Positions 54,998-64,000 of a stretch of DNA of 64,000 nucleotides are shown in pieces; the first letter of the stretch is position 1, and each line of letters opens with the position of its first letter. The notes under the pieces are model-generated. The model was given only the letters and a program-made list of their open reading frames with translations. It ran no database searches and had not been told where the DNA came from. Origin of the DNA: an uncultured Gemmatimonadales bacterium (GTDB lineage Bacteria > Gemmatimonadota > Gemmatimonadetes > Gemmatimonadales > Gemmatimonadaceae); the NCBI GenBank assembly GCA_963707505.1, contig CAVPQB010000004.1, positions 512,001 through 576,000 on the forward strand, read 5' to 3'. A program made the translations under genes and the position numbers.

Positions 54998-57374
54998 ACG
55001 GGTGCGCGATCGTGCGCTCGAACAATTTGAAGATGCGTGTGTATTCGTCGGTCCATGAATCGGGGCGGAGGAATGCGTGGCTCTCGACCGGATACGACGC
55101 GAGCTCCCAGTCGGTTTTGCCGAGCTCGATGAGTCGCTGCGTGAGCCGGACGATATCCTCGTAGTTGACGTTCGTGTCGACCATCCCGTGTGCCATGAGC
55201 AACGGCGCGCGCAGACCCTCGGCGAAATAAATTGGCGACGACTGACGATACGCGAGCGTGTCGTTTTGTGGGAGATTGAGAATGGCCGAGGTGTAGCCGT
55301 TGTTATAATGCGCCCAGTCGGTGACGCTACGGAGTCCCGCGCCGGCACCGAAATAATCCGGTGCGGTGAAGAGCGCCATGAGCGTCATGAACCCGCCGTA
55401 GCTTCCGCCGTAGATGCCGATGCGCTTCGCCGGGATGCCGTAGGTTGCAGTGATGTACCTGGAGACATCGACTTCATCCTGGAGATCGCGGCCGCCCATG
55501 TGCCGATAGATCGCGGTGCGCCAGTCGCGGCCATACCCGTCTGACGCGCGATAATCGGCGTCCATCACCACATAGCCGTGGCGCGCAAGGAACAGATTGA
55601 ACAGATATTCGCGCGGGTATTCCGACCAGAAGTTACCGACGTTGTGGAGATAACCTGCGCCGTGCACGAAGATCACTGCCGCGCCGTTGGGCTGCGCGCC
55701 GAAATCTTCGGGACGGTAGAGATGTGCGGGGACCCTGATTCCGTCGGATGCAGGAACCATCACGATAGGGGGCGCGAACCACTTCTGCGAGAGAAATTCG
55801 GCGCTGGGCGAGACGGTCAGCTGCTGCTCGGTTGCGCCGGCCTTGTTCGACATCAGATACAGATCGGGCGGGCGATTGACGTATGAGTAAACGTCGGCGA
55901 CGAGTTTACGATCCGGCGATACAACAGCTGCGTGGCGACCTGGTGTCGTCGTTACGCGTGTGAGAGAACCGCCAGTTGTCGGAAGTGAGAAGAGATGCTC
56001 GTCGAATGGGGACGGGTCGTTGGTGATGAGATCGAAAGTCCGGCCATCGGGTGCCAGCGAGACGTCACGTACTTCCCACTTGCCGGTGGTGAGCTGATGC
56101 ACATCACCGCCACGCGCGGCGGCAGTGTACAGGTGTGCATAGCCGGTTGCTTCGGAGATGTACCATACGCGACGGCCGCCGTCATACCAGCCGGCGCACG
56201 CACTGCACGGACCGCCCACCCAGGCGGTGTCGTCCAGAGTCTCGATAGCGTGTAAGGTCGTATCCGACGATGAGAGGGTATAGCGAACGCGTTGCTTGTT
56301 GTCAGGTCTGAACGCGGAGAACAGGACTTCGGTGCCGCTCGCATTCCATCCGTTGACGACAACGAAACTCGCGAGAGAATCATTGGCGAAGAGATGCAGC
56401 TTGCCAAGCTTCGCGTTGGGCAGCGAGAGATACATCATCTCGACGCGCGTCTGGCCGTCGCCGACGACGGTGCGTCCCTTGCGCGGCTCGGTATAGCCGC
56501 TTTCGGTAACCCAGTACGGAATTTCGACGGGTCGGCTCTTGGCGGGCGCGCGCAGCATCACCAGCACACCACGTCCATCGGGCGCCACATTCAGTGACTG
56601 GATAGAGCGGTCGCTTCCGACATACACCGTTTTCGGGTTTCTCAACGAATCGACGGCGTGACGCTCGGCCTTCGCAATGCTGTCGTCCGCGATCTGGTCG
56701 CGAATGACGTTGAACAAGTCACGCTGCTGCTGTGCCAGCCGTACGCGCTGAGGTGTTTTCGGTGCGGTAGTATCCTTGGGCGCGGTGCCGGTTCTGAGAT
56801 CGGTCAGTTGCGTGGTGAGACCGGACGCCAGATCGATCGAGAATGCGTTGTCATCGCGTACGAAGTACATGTGCTTCGAATCGCTGCTCAGGATCGGATT
56901 CGATTCTCGTGCTGGCGTATCTGTCAGTCGCCGGAGAGCGTGGCTGCGGTAGTCCATGAGGTAGATGTCGCCGCCGAATTCTATTGCGCCGTAGTGGCCG
57001 TCGGCGGATACGACTGCGTGCGCGGCGTACGGCCCGGCAGAGTCGCGCTGTGCCAGCGTGAGTTTTTCGGGTTTGGCGCCATTGACTGCGCGGACGCGAT
57101 AGGCGGCAGGCTGCGTGCGCCAACTGCTACCCGGCGCAACCCAGTTGAAGTAGATCCAGCGACTGTCGGCGGACCAACTGACATCGGTTGGTGGTGTTCC
57201 GTACAGCTCCGGCCCGCGCATGATGTTCCTGATCGAAAAGTCGAACTGAGTCGCCGGAGACGATGCGGGCGCCGATGCGGGCGCCGATGTGGGCGCCGAT
57301 GTGGGTGCCTGGCTTGCGAGTGTCGCGGGAATCGCGATTGCGAGGGTGGAGAGCAGTCGGGTGGCGTTGCGCAT
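54978..57374 (-). CDS. S9 family (DPP IV-like) peptidase
   Basis: Signal peptide, propeller repeats, GGSYGG, HG-x-x-D-x-NV and YP-x-E-x-H. Confidence 0.92.
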   Translation of the reverse strand: MRNATRLLSTLAIAIPATLASQAPTSAPTSAPASAPASSPATQFDFSIRNIMRGPELYGTPPTDVSWSADSRWIYFNWVAPGSSWRTQPAAYRVRAVNGAKPEKLTLAQRDSAGPYAAHAVVSADGHYGAIEFGGDIYLMDYRSHALRRLTDTPARESNPILSSDSKHMYFVRDDNAFSIDLASGLTTQLTDLRTGTAPKDTTAPKTPQRVRLAQQQRDLFNVIRDQIADDSIAKAERHAVDSLRNPKTVYVGSDRSIQSLNVAPDGRGVLVMLRAPAKSRPVEIPYWVTESGYTEPRKGRTVVGDGQTRVEMMYLSLPNAKLGKLHLFANDSLASFVVVNGWNASGTEVLFSAFRPDNKQRVRYTLSSSDTTLHAIETLDDTAWVGGPCSACAGWYDGGRRVWYISEATGYAHLYTAAARGGDVHQLTTGKWEVRDVSLAPDGRTFDLITNDPSPFDEHLFSLPTTGGSLTRVTTTPGRHAAVVSPDRKLVADVYSYVNRPPDLYLMSNKAGATEQQLTVSPSAEFLSQKWFAPPIVMVPASDGIRVPAHLYRPEDFGAQPNGAAVIFVHGAGYLHNVGNFWSEYPREYLFNLFLARHGYVVMDADYRASDGYGRDWRTAIYRHMGGRDLQDEVDVSRYITATYGIPAKRIGIYGGSYGGFMTLMALFTAPDYFGAGAGLRSVTDWAHYNNGYTSAILNLPQNDTLAYRQSSPIYFAEGLRAPLLMAHGMVDTNVNYEDIVRLTQRLIELGKTDWELASYPVESHAFLRPDSWTDEYTRIFKLFERTIAHPSTSTVR
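57262..57309. repeat. Intragenic 12-bp tandem repeat x4 (APTS/APAS linker)
   Basis: GATG(C/T)GGG(C/T)GCC repeated four times. Confidence 0.85.
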
Positions 57375-57439
57375 TTATTGGGCTGATCCAGCGTGAATTG
57401 GAGGCGCGGTGAAAATGATCTCAGGTTAACTTTTCTGCA

Positions 57440-58084
57440 ATGAAGCTAGCTCTCACCACGCTTGCGGCGATGCTATGCGCATCGCCGCTGGCTGCTCAGG
57501 CAGCGCGGGGCGGCACGCCACCTCCGCAGCAACGTCCGCTGGAGCGACTCGCTGCCGAGCAGATGCTGGTCCTCCCGGTGCAGTATCTGACGTTCGCCGA
57601 TTCACTGGGCTGGTCTCAACAGGCACCATCGTCGCGGGCATATCTGCATACAGTGGATGACGAGATCGCGTTCGCGCTGACGCAGCGGGGACTCAAGCAT
57701 CACTGGACGATGGCGCCGGACCTGATCCGATCAGTTACGCGCAACCAGGGGTACGCTCCCGATCCCACGTCGCTCGCCGCCGAGGAGGTTCGCTCGGGGC
57801 AGAAGGCAGCTGAGTGGCAGTTACGGGAGCCGTTGGCGTCGCAACTGCGCGCGCTGATCGCATTAACGGACGCTCGTTATGTGCTGTTTCCGGTCGAGAT
57901 GAGGTTTGTGGGTTCGAAGGGCGTCGGACATGCAATGCTACACCTCGTCATCATCGATGCACGCCGGTCGCAGGTGCAGTGGTCCGGCGATCTTGCTGGA
58001 GCGGAGATGACGAAGTTCTCGCCAGCGATCGCGGCCGATATAGCGTCGCGCCTGGCAGATCTGATCGCGTCGCCCGTCAATTAG
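57440..58084 (+). CDS. Secreted hypothetical protein
   Basis: Signal peptide ending LAA-Q; globular alpha/beta composition. Confidence 0.75.
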   Translation: MKLALTTLAAMLCASPLAAQAARGGTPPPQQRPLERLAAEQMLVLPVQYLTFADSLGWSQQAPSSRAYLHTVDDEIAFALTQRGLKHHWTMAPDLIRSVTRNQGYAPDPTSLAAEEVRSGQKAAEWQLREPLASQLRALIALTDARYVLFPVEMRFVGSKGVGHAMLHLVIIDARRSQVQWSGDLAGAEMTKFSPAIAADIASRLADLIASPVN

Positions 58085-58098
58085 GTCGGCGGGCCGGA

Positions 58099-58917
58099 AT
58101 GACGACCATTCTGCACGTTTCGGATCTGCATTTCGGCCGGCCGGCGGTGCTGGAGCAGATCGATGCGATCGAGCGCGCGATTTCCGAACGTTCGTTCGAT
58201 GCGGTGGCGGCATCTGGTGACTTCTCGCAGCGGGCGCGGGCCGGAGAATTTCAGCGGGCAGCGGTATTTCTGAGGGACGCGCGGAAATTCTGCCCGGTAA
58301 TTACCGTCCCGGGGAATCACGATGTGGCGTGGTGGTTTGCCCCGGTGGGGATTGGCGATGAAACAAAGGTTTATGAAAATTACCGTCAGTACATCTCGGG
58401 AGATCTCGAGCCCACGCTGAGGGTCGACGGGGCGTACTTCGTTGGCCTGAACACTGCGCACGGGGTGACGGCGCGCACTCTGACGCTCAACCCGCGCGAC
58501 ATCTCGATAATCGGCGACCTTACACCGGCGCAGATCGACAAAGCGCGGGCGAGGTTCGAGCAGGCGCCGCCTGGCGACGCAAAGGTCGTAGTCATGCATC
58601 ACAACCCGGTCGCGGGCGAGCTATCGCAGCGGTACGGACTCAAGCACACGCCGCGCATATTGAACACGTTCGCGGAGATGGGCGTGGAGTTGGTGCTGTG
58701 CGGCCACGATCATCAGGAAGCGGTGAACTTTATCGAGCATCCACGTAAGGGCGTGGTCGTCTCGACTGCGGGGACGGTATCCAACCGTTCGCGCGGCGGG
58801 CGTCCATCGTCGTATAACGTCATCACTATAGAACCTCAAAGCATCACGGTCGTGACATTCATATGGGACGGAGAAGGAGAGTTCATTCCAGGACCGCAGC
58901 GCTGCTTCGAACGTTGA
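58099..58917 (+). CDS. Calcineurin-like metallophosphoesterase (CpdA/Icc-like)
   Basis: SDLHFG, SGD, PGNHD, HH and GHDH motifs. Confidence 0.9.
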   Translation: MTTILHVSDLHFGRPAVLEQIDAIERAISERSFDAVAASGDFSQRARAGEFQRAAVFLRDARKFCPVITVPGNHDVAWWFAPVGIGDETKVYENYRQYISGDLEPTLRVDGAYFVGLNTAHGVTARTLTLNPRDISIIGDLTPAQIDKARARFEQAPPGDAKVVVMHHNPVAGELSQRYGLKHTPRILNTFAEMGVELVLCGHDHQEAVNFIEHPRKGVVVSTAGTVSNRSRGGRPSSYNVITIEPQSITVVTFIWDGEGEFIPGPQRCFER

Positions 58918-59474
58918 GCGGCAGGCTCAGGCTGGAGCGGTTGCGGCAGTTGTGGATGCAGTGCGAGCTGTTCAGTATGGGCGCGGCGGAGGAGCCGCGA
59001 ATCGAGATCGCGCGTCCCGCGCCGCCGCGTCCGGACGTCGTGCGGATCCATCGCAAGCGGCGGTCGAGCCGATCGCGCGCGGACGACGCAGCGATCATCG
59101 GTGCGCTTCAGACCGAGCACGCCGGGTACAACGCGGCGCTGTTCGATGGAGAGCTCGGCCGGGTGAAGATCCGTCTGTCGCGACGGATGAAGAACCGGCT
59201 GGGCCACTATATGGTTGAGGGCGGGGGGCAGCCGGCGGAGATCGCGATGTCGCTGCGGCACATCGAGCGGGATTCGTGGGATGATGTGCTTCACACGCTG
59301 GTGCACGAGATGGTGCATCAGTGGCAGGATGAGAACGGCATGGCGCTGGATCACGGCCAGGCATTCCGCGAAAAGGCGATCGAAGTCGGCATCAGTGCGA
59401 GGGCAACGCGTCCGGCAGGTGGCGGAACGCAACCGCGGCTGGCGGCGCGAGCGGGAAAGCGGCGTAAGCCATAG
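58914..59474 (+). CDS. SprT-like zinc metalloprotease
   Basis: N-x-x-x-F-x-G-x-L, SRRM-x-x-RLG, HTLVHEMVH and HG-x-x-F; start uncertain. Confidence 0.82.
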   Translation: MSGRLRLERLRQLWMQCELFSMGAAEEPRIEIARPAPPRPDVVRIHRKRRSSRSRADDAAIIGALQTEHAGYNAALFDGELGRVKIRLSRRMKNRLGHYMVEGGGQPAEIAMSLRHIERDSWDDVLHTLVHEMVHQWQDENGMALDHGQAFREKAIEVGISARATRPAGGGTQPRLAARAGKRRKP

Positions 59475-59550
59475 GCAAGCGGTCGAGTGGGGTCAGGCGC
59501 ACGCCCCGAAACCGGGTGCGGGAAAGGGGGGTGTCGCGGTATCTTTCGGG

Positions 59551-60738
59551 ATGCCTACGAACCCCCTCGATCTCTGTGACATCGACTCCTTTCTATCAGA
59601 AGAGGAACGCGCGGTACGCGACTCTGTCCGCGCGTTCGTTGACGATAAAGTGCTTCCCATCATCGGCGATGCGTACGTAGAAGGACGCTTCCCGAAAGAG
59701 CTCATCGCCGGAATGGCGGAGCTCGGCGTCCTTGGCGCCAATCTGCCCGAGCAGTACGGATGCGCCGGACTGAACAACGTCGCGTACGGCCTGATCATGC
59801 AGGAGCTCGAGCGCGGCGATTCCGGGGTACGCTCCTTCGCGTCGGTGCAGGGTGCGCTTGTGATGTATCCCGTGTTTGCATTCGGGTCCGACGAGCAGAA
59901 GTCGAAACTGCTCCCCTCGATGGCCAGGGCCGAGACGATCGGCTGCTTCGGACTGACCGAGCCGGATTATGGATCGAATCCGGCAGGAATGATAACGCGC
60001 GCGCGCGAGCAGGCAGACGGGAGCTGGATCATCAATGGCGCGAAGATGTGGATCACCAACGGATCCACCGCGCATGTCGCGATCATCTGGGCCAAGACTG
60101 AAGACGGCGACGACGATGGACATTCGATTCGCGGATTCGTGGTGCCCACATCGACGCCCGGATTCAGCGCGAAGAACCAGAAGGGCAAGCTTTCGTTGCG
60201 CGCGTCGGACACGTCGGAGCTGTCGCTGCAGGACGTGCACGTGCCGGCTGACGCCTTGCTTCCCAAGTCGGGTGGTCTGAAGAGTCCGCTCATGTGCCTG
60301 ACTCAGGCGCGATATGGAATCGCGTGGGGTGCAATTGGCGCGGCGATGTACTGTTTTGAAGAAGCGCTATCGTACGCCGGCAACAGGGTGATGTTCGGTC
60401 GCGCGATAGGTGGCTTTCAGTTACAGCAGGCGCGGCTTGCCGAGATGGTGACTGAGATCGCGAAGGGTAGATTGCTCGCGCTTCATCTCGGCCGACTGAA
60501 GGATGCTGGACGTCTCACACCGCAACAGGTTTCGCTTGCAAAGCGCAACAACGTGAATGTCGCATGTGACATCGCGCGTGAAGCTCGGCGACTGCTGGGT
60601 GGAAACGGGATCCTGGCGGAGTACGGCGCGATGCGACACATGGAGAATCTCGAGAGCGTGTACACGTATGAAGGCACGCACGACATTCACACGCTGATCA
60701 TTGGACAGGCGGTTACCGGGCTCTCTGCGTTCGAGTAG
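59551..60738 (+). CDS. gcdH: Acyl-CoA dehydrogenase, glutaryl-CoA dehydrogenase-like
   Basis: ELERGDSG, GCFGLTEPD-x-GS, GAKMWITN and TYEGTHDIH. Confidence 0.88.
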   Translation: MPTNPLDLCDIDSFLSEEERAVRDSVRAFVDDKVLPIIGDAYVEGRFPKELIAGMAELGVLGANLPEQYGCAGLNNVAYGLIMQELERGDSGVRSFASVQGALVMYPVFAFGSDEQKSKLLPSMARAETIGCFGLTEPDYGSNPAGMITRAREQADGSWIINGAKMWITNGSTAHVAIIWAKTEDGDDDGHSIRGFVVPTSTPGFSAKNQKGKLSLRASDTSELSLQDVHVPADALLPKSGGLKSPLMCLTQARYGIAWGAIGAAMYCFEEALSYAGNRVMFGRAIGGFQLQQARLAEMVTEIAKGRLLALHLGRLKDAGRLTPQQVSLAKRNNVNVACDIAREARRLLGGNGILAEYGAMRHMENLESVYTYEGTHDIHTLIIGQAVTGLSAFE

Positions 60739-60753
60739 CGACGCACTAAGAAT

Positions 60754-60804
60754 CCATTAACCCCACGGAAAGGCCCTTTTACCCCGGTAGAAGGGCCTTT
60801 TACC
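60754..60804 (+). promoter_or_regulatory. Three 9-bp direct repeats with a 21-bp period upstream of susC
   Basis: CCATTAACC (60754), CCTTTTACC (60775), CCTTTTACC (60796). Confidence 0.6.
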
Positions 60805-60926
60805 GTAACGACATGTACTGGCGCGGGGCGGGAGCGTGGTGCATGTTCCTGCGTACTGCGAGAGTGTGTTTGCGCGCGCATTGGTGTTGCGCGTTGCGCC
60901 ACGAAATTACCAATGCGGGAGGGCAA

Positions 60927-63900
60927 ATGGGATTGCTTTTCGATACGAGCGATGTGACTTCATGGTCAAGTCGAATCGCCAGAGGCTGGGTGATGCGGGG
61001 CTGTATCGCGTTTTGCGCGGTGGTTGCCCCGCAACTTGTTTACGGACAGGCTGGTACGATATCGGGCACAGTGGTTACAGAAGGGAGCGGAACTCCCATA
61101 TCGGGAGTGCAGGTCTCATCGGGAACCAGTGGCGCATCGACCGATGTTTCGGGACGGTTCCGGATTATGCAACTCAGTGGCGACAGTGCGACGCTGACTC
61201 TTCGGCGGATCGGATTTGCGCCGCTGACGCAGCGCGTGCGTGTAGGCGCGACGGACGTGCAGCTGCGGATGCGGGAGCGCGCAGTCGAGCTGAACAGCAT
61301 GGTGGTTACGGGAACGCCGGGTGCGGTTTCCAAGCGATCCGTTGGTGTATCTGTCGCGCAGATTCAGGCTGCGGACATCGTCAAGACAGCACCTGTTCAG
61401 GACATGCAGGGGCTGATCAATGGGCGAGCTCCGGGCGTTACGATACTCGAGAACTCCGGTGCGGTGGGATCTGGCGCGACGGTTCGAATTCGCGGCGGAT
61501 CGAGTCTATCGCTATCAAATGATCCACTCATCTATGTCGATGGCGTACGAGTCGACAATTCACAGGGCACGGGTCCTGCCAACCAGTCATTCGGCGCGAG
61601 CACGACTTCGCGGTGGAACGACATCAACCCAGACGACATACAGAGCATAGAGATTGTTCGCGGTGCAGCGGCGACAGCATTGTACGGAACCGACGCGGTG
61701 AACGGCGTCATCCAGATCATCACGAAGCGAGGCGCGCAGGGTAAGCCACGCTGGGATTTCACGACGAAGCAGGGCAAGGCGTTCTTCTCCGACGTGATCG
61801 GCCGTTTTCCGACGAATTATGCCGCATGCGACTCAGGCATGGTTGCCGCAGGGAGTGGTAATCCTTTGTGCACGGGACAGTCGGTCGGAACGATCGTGCG
61901 CCAGAACATCGCGCAGTTCCGCGCGGATTCCGGCAAGCCGCTTTTCCGTGACGGGCGTATCAACGAGAACTCGCTGGCGGTGAGCGGCGGATCGCAGACC
62001 GTGCAGTACTACCTCAGCGGGCAGGCACACAGCGATCAGGGTGTCGAGCCGACCAATTCGCAGATTCAGTATGGCGGGCGCGGAAATGTGCGGATGGTTC
62101 CGTCGAGCACACTCGACATCTCCGCAAGCGGCGGCTACGTACGGGGTACTACCAAGCTGAATTGCGAAGCTGGATGCGGCGGCCTGATGTTCTCCGGTTT
62201 CTATTCGACGCCTGCAACACTTGGGACGCCGAGTGCCGGGTTCGACAGTGGCCTTCCTGAAGCGTACTACGAGGAATACTACTTCGATCAGATCTACAAT
62301 CGCTTTACTGGCAGCATTCAGGTCTCACACACTCCGGCAAAGTGGTTCACGCAGCAGCTCACAATCGGTACCGATTACGCACACGAGCAGAACGACAACC
62401 TCGCGACGGTCCATCACGACCTGTCGTATTTCTTCGGCACAGATGCTGATTCGGGGTACAAGGCCGTCGATTTCCGTGACAACACCATCACGACGACGAG
62501 TTATCACGCGACGTTGAAGGCGCCGATCACATCCTCGTTGATGTCGAACACCACGATCGGTGGCGACATGTACCTTCGTAATGAGCGTTACGCCGGAGGG
62601 TCGGGCAGCGATTTCCCCGCTCCGGGCCTCTCGGCGCTAAGCTCGACGACGACGGCGAAGGACTCATACGAATACACGCGCGACAATAACTCGCTCGGTG
62701 TTCTCGGCCAGGAGGAGCTCGCGTGGAATGATCGTTTCTTCCTTTCAGCGGGCGTGCGGTCAGATCAGAACAGCTCGTTCGGAAAGAACTTCAAGAACGT
62801 CGTCTATCCGCACTTCAGTGCATCTTGGGTGTTGAGTGACGAACCGTTCTTCAAGGTTCCGTTCGTGTCGGCGCTCAAGTTGCGTACTGCATACGGACAG
62901 TCTGGCGAGGCGCCGCCGCTGTTCGTCAGCATTCAGTCGTACACGACCACACCTACGGGTGTAACGCCGAGCACGATCGGAAATCCGGACCTGCAGCCGG
63001 AGCGCGGGTACGAGACCGAGCTTGGCTTTGACGCAGGGTTCCTGCACGATCGTGCCGGCATAGAGCTCACATACTACACCGGCGGGACCAAGAACGAGAT
63101 ACTGCAGGTTCCAGTGGCGCCGTCGTCTGGTTTCGGGTTGAACTCGGAGTACATCAACGCGGGTCGCATTCTGCGTCACGGTCTCGAGCTATCTGTGCGC
63201 GGAACTCCGATTCAGACGACGACTGCGTCGTGGGACATCACGTGGAACATGGCGACGAATGACTCCAAGGTCGATAACCTTGGTGGCAACCAGTTCCTGC
63301 AGTCGTCCACCTACATTCAGAATCGACTCGGCTATCCGTTGTTCTCGTGGTTCGCGAGAAACGTCATAAGTTCGACGGTAGATCCAAGTACGGGTAAGGT
63401 GTCGAACATTCTATGCTCCGACGGCAAGGGTGGCACTGTGGCGTGCGCAAGTGCTCCAAACGTTTTTCTCGGACGCACGATTCCAAAGGTGGAGGGGTCA
63501 GTCAATACCTCCGTTCGCTTCCTGACGAATTTCCGGTTATCTGGGCTTCTGGACTACAAGACTGGATTCAAGAAGCTCAACGGCGACGATCGCGTTCGCT
63601 GTCAGATCTTCGGGCTCTGCCGCGCCAACTTCTATCCAGCGGAGTACTCGCCTGCGCTCGTGGGTGCGTACGCGCTCGGCACGAACGCGCCGAGTGCTGT
63701 GATTCAGGATGCGAGCTTTGCGAAGTTGCGCGAGCTATCGCTCACCTGGACGCTGCCGCAGTCGCTGGTCAGGGATCTACGCGTAGGCGGAGCTTCGTTG
63801 ACGTTGGCGGGCCGCAACCTGCATACGTGGACCAAGTACCCGGGGCTCGATCCTGAGGCCTCGTTCCAGGGCGGCTCGCGTGGAGCAGGACAATGGGATC

Positions 63901-63956
63901 AGGCTGTTCTGCCACAGCTCCGTCAGTACACGACCACCCTCAACCTTACCTTCTGA
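60927..63956 (+). CDS. SusC/RagA-like TonB-dependent outer-membrane transporter
   Basis: Carboxypeptidase-regulatory-like N-domain, VVTG, RIRG-x-x-S, PLIYVDGV, GVIQIITK, NPDL-x-PE and terminal F; RBS GGGAGG. Confidence 0.93.
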   Translation: MGLLFDTSDVTSWSSRIARGWVMRGCIAFCAVVAPQLVYGQAGTISGTVVTEGSGTPISGVQVSSGTSGASTDVSGRFRIMQLSGDSATLTLRRIGFAPLTQRVRVGATDVQLRMRERAVELNSMVVTGTPGAVSKRSVGVSVAQIQAADIVKTAPVQDMQGLINGRAPGVTILENSGAVGSGATVRIRGGSSLSLSNDPLIYVDGVRVDNSQGTGPANQSFGASTTSRWNDINPDDIQSIEIVRGAAATALYGTDAVNGVIQIITKRGAQGKPRWDFTTKQGKAFFSDVIGRFPTNYAACDSGMVAAGSGNPLCTGQSVGTIVRQNIAQFRADSGKPLFRDGRINENSLAVSGGSQTVQYYLSGQAHSDQGVEPTNSQIQYGGRGNVRMVPSSTLDISASGGYVRGTTKLNCEAGCGGLMFSGFYSTPATLGTPSAGFDSGLPEAYYEEYYFDQIYNRFTGSIQVSHTPAKWFTQQLTIGTDYAHEQNDNLATVHHDLSYFFGTDADSGYKAVDFRDNTITTTSYHATLKAPITSSLMSNTTIGGDMYLRNERYAGGSGSDFPAPGLSALSSTTTAKDSYEYTRDNNSLGVLGQEELAWNDRFFLSAGVRSDQNSSFGKNFKNVVYPHFSASWVLSDEPFFKVPFVSALKLRTAYGQSGEAPPLFVSIQSYTTTPTGVTPSTIGNPDLQPERGYETELGFDAGFLHDRAGIELTYYTGGTKNEILQVPVAPSSGFGLNSEYINAGRILRHGLELSVRGTPIQTTTASWDITWNMATNDSKVDNLGGNQFLQSSTYIQNRLGYPLFSWFARNVISSTVDPSTGKVSNILCSDGKGGTVACASAPNVFLGRTIPKVEGSVNTSVRFLTNFRLSGLLDYKTGFKKLNGDDRVRCQIFGLCRANFYPAEYSPALVGAYALGTNAPSAVIQDASFAKLRELSLTWTLPQSLVRDLRVGGASLTLAGRNLHTWTKYPGLDPEASFQGGSRGAGQWDQAVLPQLRQYTTTLNLTF

Positions 63957-63958
63957 CA

Positions 63959-64000
63959 ATGACGACGATAAATATTCGCCGCTTGCGGCGGGACGCGCGA
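63959..64000 (+). CDS. Start of a probable SusD/RagB-like lipoprotein (partial)
   Basis: ATG 2 nt after the susC stop with a basic n-region MTTINIRRLRR; identity inferred from position only. Confidence 0.4.
   Translation, partial: MTTINIRRLRRDAR

Noticed and set aside
60754..60804. Mini CRISPR array
   Set aside because: Repeats are 9 bp with 12-bp similar spacers and there are no cas genes

Overview
A GC-rich bacterial chromosomal segment. Gene order and protein families suggest Gemmatimonadota (inference, no 16S in the window). Most of it is core genome: msrB (partial), pepN, a DUF883/holin-like/DUF3618 stress triad, tldD/tldE, a type IV pilus locus (pilS-pilR-sigma54 promoter-pilA-minor pilins-pilMNOPQ-large lipoprotein), aroC-aroK-smg-topA-trmFO-xerC, hslVU-fabZ-like-argF-gcvT-moaB, the F0/delta half of a split ATP synthase operon, several peptidases, and a SusC/SusD pair at the right edge. 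I see no rRNA, tRNA, CRISPR array, transposase or prophage. The best candidate for an undescribed system is at 39.6-46.8 kb: a pseudo-receiver sigma54 activator, a two-domain hypothetical protein, a structured intergenic RNA-like element, a tiny hydrophobic peptide ORF behind a strong RBS, a multi-TM HD-GYP phosphodiesterase and a convergent BTAD/AAA/TPR regulator. Together these may form a peptide-sensing c-di-GMP circuit. Other notable signals are three families of REP-like palindromes, a set of -24/-12 promoters with near-leaderless geometry, a Tat-signal TldD, and LytTR-like direct repeats before susC. Clustered frameshifts at 41.7-43.0 kb and 52.0-52.2 kb (including atpH) suggest indel errors in the assembly, so those calls are tentative.
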